Source: Octopus sinensis (lineage: Eukaryota). From it: 8,960 nucleotides of DNA. The translations under genes and the position numbers were made by a program. The notes under the pieces are model-generated. The model was given only the letters and a program-made list of their open reading frames with translations. It made no database searches and was not told the origin of the DNA. Shown in pieces: positions 7,589 to 8,960 of the stretch (position 1 is the first letter of the stretch; each line of letters opens with the position of its first letter). The DNA lies in NCBI RefSeq assembly GCF_006345805.1, contig NW_021828183.1:1-8960 (forward strand), read 5' to 3'.

Positions 7589-7740
7589 ACCAGTGGACTC
7601 CCTTGCTTACAGCATTCGGACACAGATCACGTGTCGGTAACCAGCTGGAAAAGATGTTTTCCTGGGGCTAAAAAGTAGTAACACTGTCCTACGTAGGACT
7701 GCCACGTTGCATTGGCAAATAGAATTCACTATATATATAT

Positions 7741-7999
7741 ATAAATATACACTTCTCAAGCCATGCCTGGCTCATAGGGCCGGTTTCCCCGTTTCCTTGA
7801 CGTATTGGTTCCCCACCTGTACGGACCGTCGCAGAAAGTTGTGGCGAAAGAGTCAGCAGAAGTTCGCCATTACCTTCTGCCGGAGCCGCGTGGAGCTTAG
7901 GCGTTTCGTTCATAAACACAGACATCGACCGGTCTGAGATTCAAACCCGCGATCCCTCGACCGCGAGTCCCGCTGCTCTAACCACTAGGCCATGTGCCT

Positions 8000-8003
<4 letters not shown>
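7741..8003 (-). mobile_element. tRNA-derived SINE, subfamily A (octopus OR-like; family name tentative)
   Basis: The minus-strand head GTGGAGGCACATGGCCTAGTGGTTAGAGCAGCGGGACTCGCGGTCGAGGGATCGCGGGTTTGAATCT contains A box TGGCCTAGTGG (7992-7982) and B box GGTTTGAATCT (7947-7937). Body and tail (GAAACCGGCCCTATGAGCCAGGC) are homologous to the copy at 8367-8625. Confidence 0.85.

Positions 8004-8059
<56 letters not shown>
8001..8059. repeat. (CA)24-(TA)n microsatellite
   Basis: Read directly. Confidence 0.95.
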
Positions 8060-8240
8060 TAGATAATAAAACGAATGGTTCATACCAGGTCGTTTACTGG
8101 TAAAGCGCGGTCACTTTCACAGCGTTTGTTATGTATTTGATCCCGTAATGGATTGCTGCTAGATGGGCCGAAACAATTATAGTGATTACTAAAAATTCTC
8201 GTATCTTTCATCTTTTGTCCCTCATTAACCAAATATGTAA

Positions 8241-8366
8241 GTGTGCGCGTGTGTGTATGTATGTATGTATGTATGTATGTATGTATGTATGTATGTATGT
8301 ATGTATGTATGTATGTATGTATGTATGCGAGTATGCGCGCGTATGTGTATGTTTACATACATACAT
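8241..8366. repeat. (GT)/(TATG)18 microsatellite followed by a short (TACA)n
   Basis: Perfect (TATG)n at 8256-8327; short TACA run at ~8355-8366. Confidence 0.95.
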
Positions 8367-8625
8367 AATAAAATAAATGTGCCCTTTTAAAGCCTAGCCA
8401 GGCTCATGGGACCGGTTTCTCGGTTTCAATGGCGTATGTGTTTCCCAGCTGGACGGGACGCCAGTCCATCGCAGCGTTACTCATTTTTGCCAGACGAGTG
8501 GACTGGAGCAACGTGAAATGAAGTGTTTTGCTCAAGAACACAACGCGTCGCCCGGTCCAGGAATCGAAACCACAATCTCACGATCATGGTGCTGACACCC
8601 TAACCACTAAGCCACGCGCCTCCAC
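8367..8625 (-). mobile_element. tRNA-derived SINE, subfamily B, with a CORE/Meta-like central segment (octopus OR-like; family name tentative)
   Basis: A box TGGCTTAGTGG (8614-8604) and B box GTTTCGATTCC (8570-8560) are followed by TTGTGTTCTTGAGCAAAACACTTCATTTCACGTTGCTCCAGTCCAC. This resembles the conserved central domains of CORE/Meta-type SINEs. The tail ends in an AT-rich TTTATTTTATT. Confidence 0.88.
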
Positions 8626-8626
8626 A

Positions 8627-8793
8627 CATACATACATACATGCATACATACATACATACATACATACATACATACATACATACATACATACATACATACA
8701 TACGTACATACATACGTACATACATACATACATACATACATACATACATACATACATACATACATACATACATACATACATACATGCATACAT
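8627..8793. repeat. (CATA)n microsatellite, ~41 units with a few CATG/CGTA interruptions
   Basis: Read directly; it accounts for the YIHT/MYVC ORFs at 8528-8894. Confidence 0.97.
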
Positions 8794-8807
8794 TGAAATT
8801 AACTCAT

Positions 8808-8890
8808 AAATTCACTCACAAGGCATTAGCTTATCCGGTGCTATTGTTGTTGCATAGCAATCTTCTTAACCACACAGAATTGCCTGCACC
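8808..8890 (-). mobile_element. Possible degenerate, internally deleted fragment of a third tRNA-derived SINE family
   Basis: The minus strand GGTGCAGGCAATTCTGTGTGGTTAAGAAGATTGCT resembles a tRNA-like head with a decayed A box, and no B box is present. The similarity to octopus SINEs is from memory and is not verified. Confidence 0.3.
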
Positions 8891-8960
8891 TTAATCTGAA
8901 TATTTCTTATTTGAACAAAACTAGTGAACGGCATCATACTAAAAAATGTCAAGGGTTTTG

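Noticed and set aside
7454-7671. Non-repetitive ends of ORFs 7308-7640 and 7324-7671 as a coding exon
   Set aside because: There is no recognisable motif or good acceptor, and the extensive base-pairing and hammerhead geometry explain the sequence better.
7937-8003. tRNA-like sequences here and at 8560-8625 as tRNA genes
   Set aside because: A and B boxes are present, but the acceptor stem is not closed and each continues into a shared SINE body and tail.

Overview
Repeat-dominated eukaryotic DNA with no supportable intact host gene and no prokaryotic features. The SINE types and very high microsatellite density suggest an octopus or other coleoid cephalopod; this is an inference. From left to right the window holds a decayed, 3'-truncated Tigger/pogo transposon (~517-2203), a non-autonomous Helitron (2459-2854, minus) and a 5'-truncated RTE/BovB-like LINE with an unbroken ORF and a candidate TSD (2892-3712). 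It continues with a small hAT-type MITE (4118-4362), a long near-perfect palindrome interrupted by a 124-bp insert (6006-6395), a second Helitron with a different interior (6498-~7065) and two related tRNA-derived SINEs (7741-8003, 8367-8625, both minus). (TA)n, (CA)n, (GA)n and (TACA)n tracts separate these elements and account for most of the short ORFs in the track. The most interesting signal is a type I hammerhead-ribozyme-like motif at 7501-7588 (+). It carries two deviations from consensus and sits at the apex of a ~135-nt rod-like fold in a structured ~270-bp island, which is a candidate retrozyme-like or Penelope-derived element.
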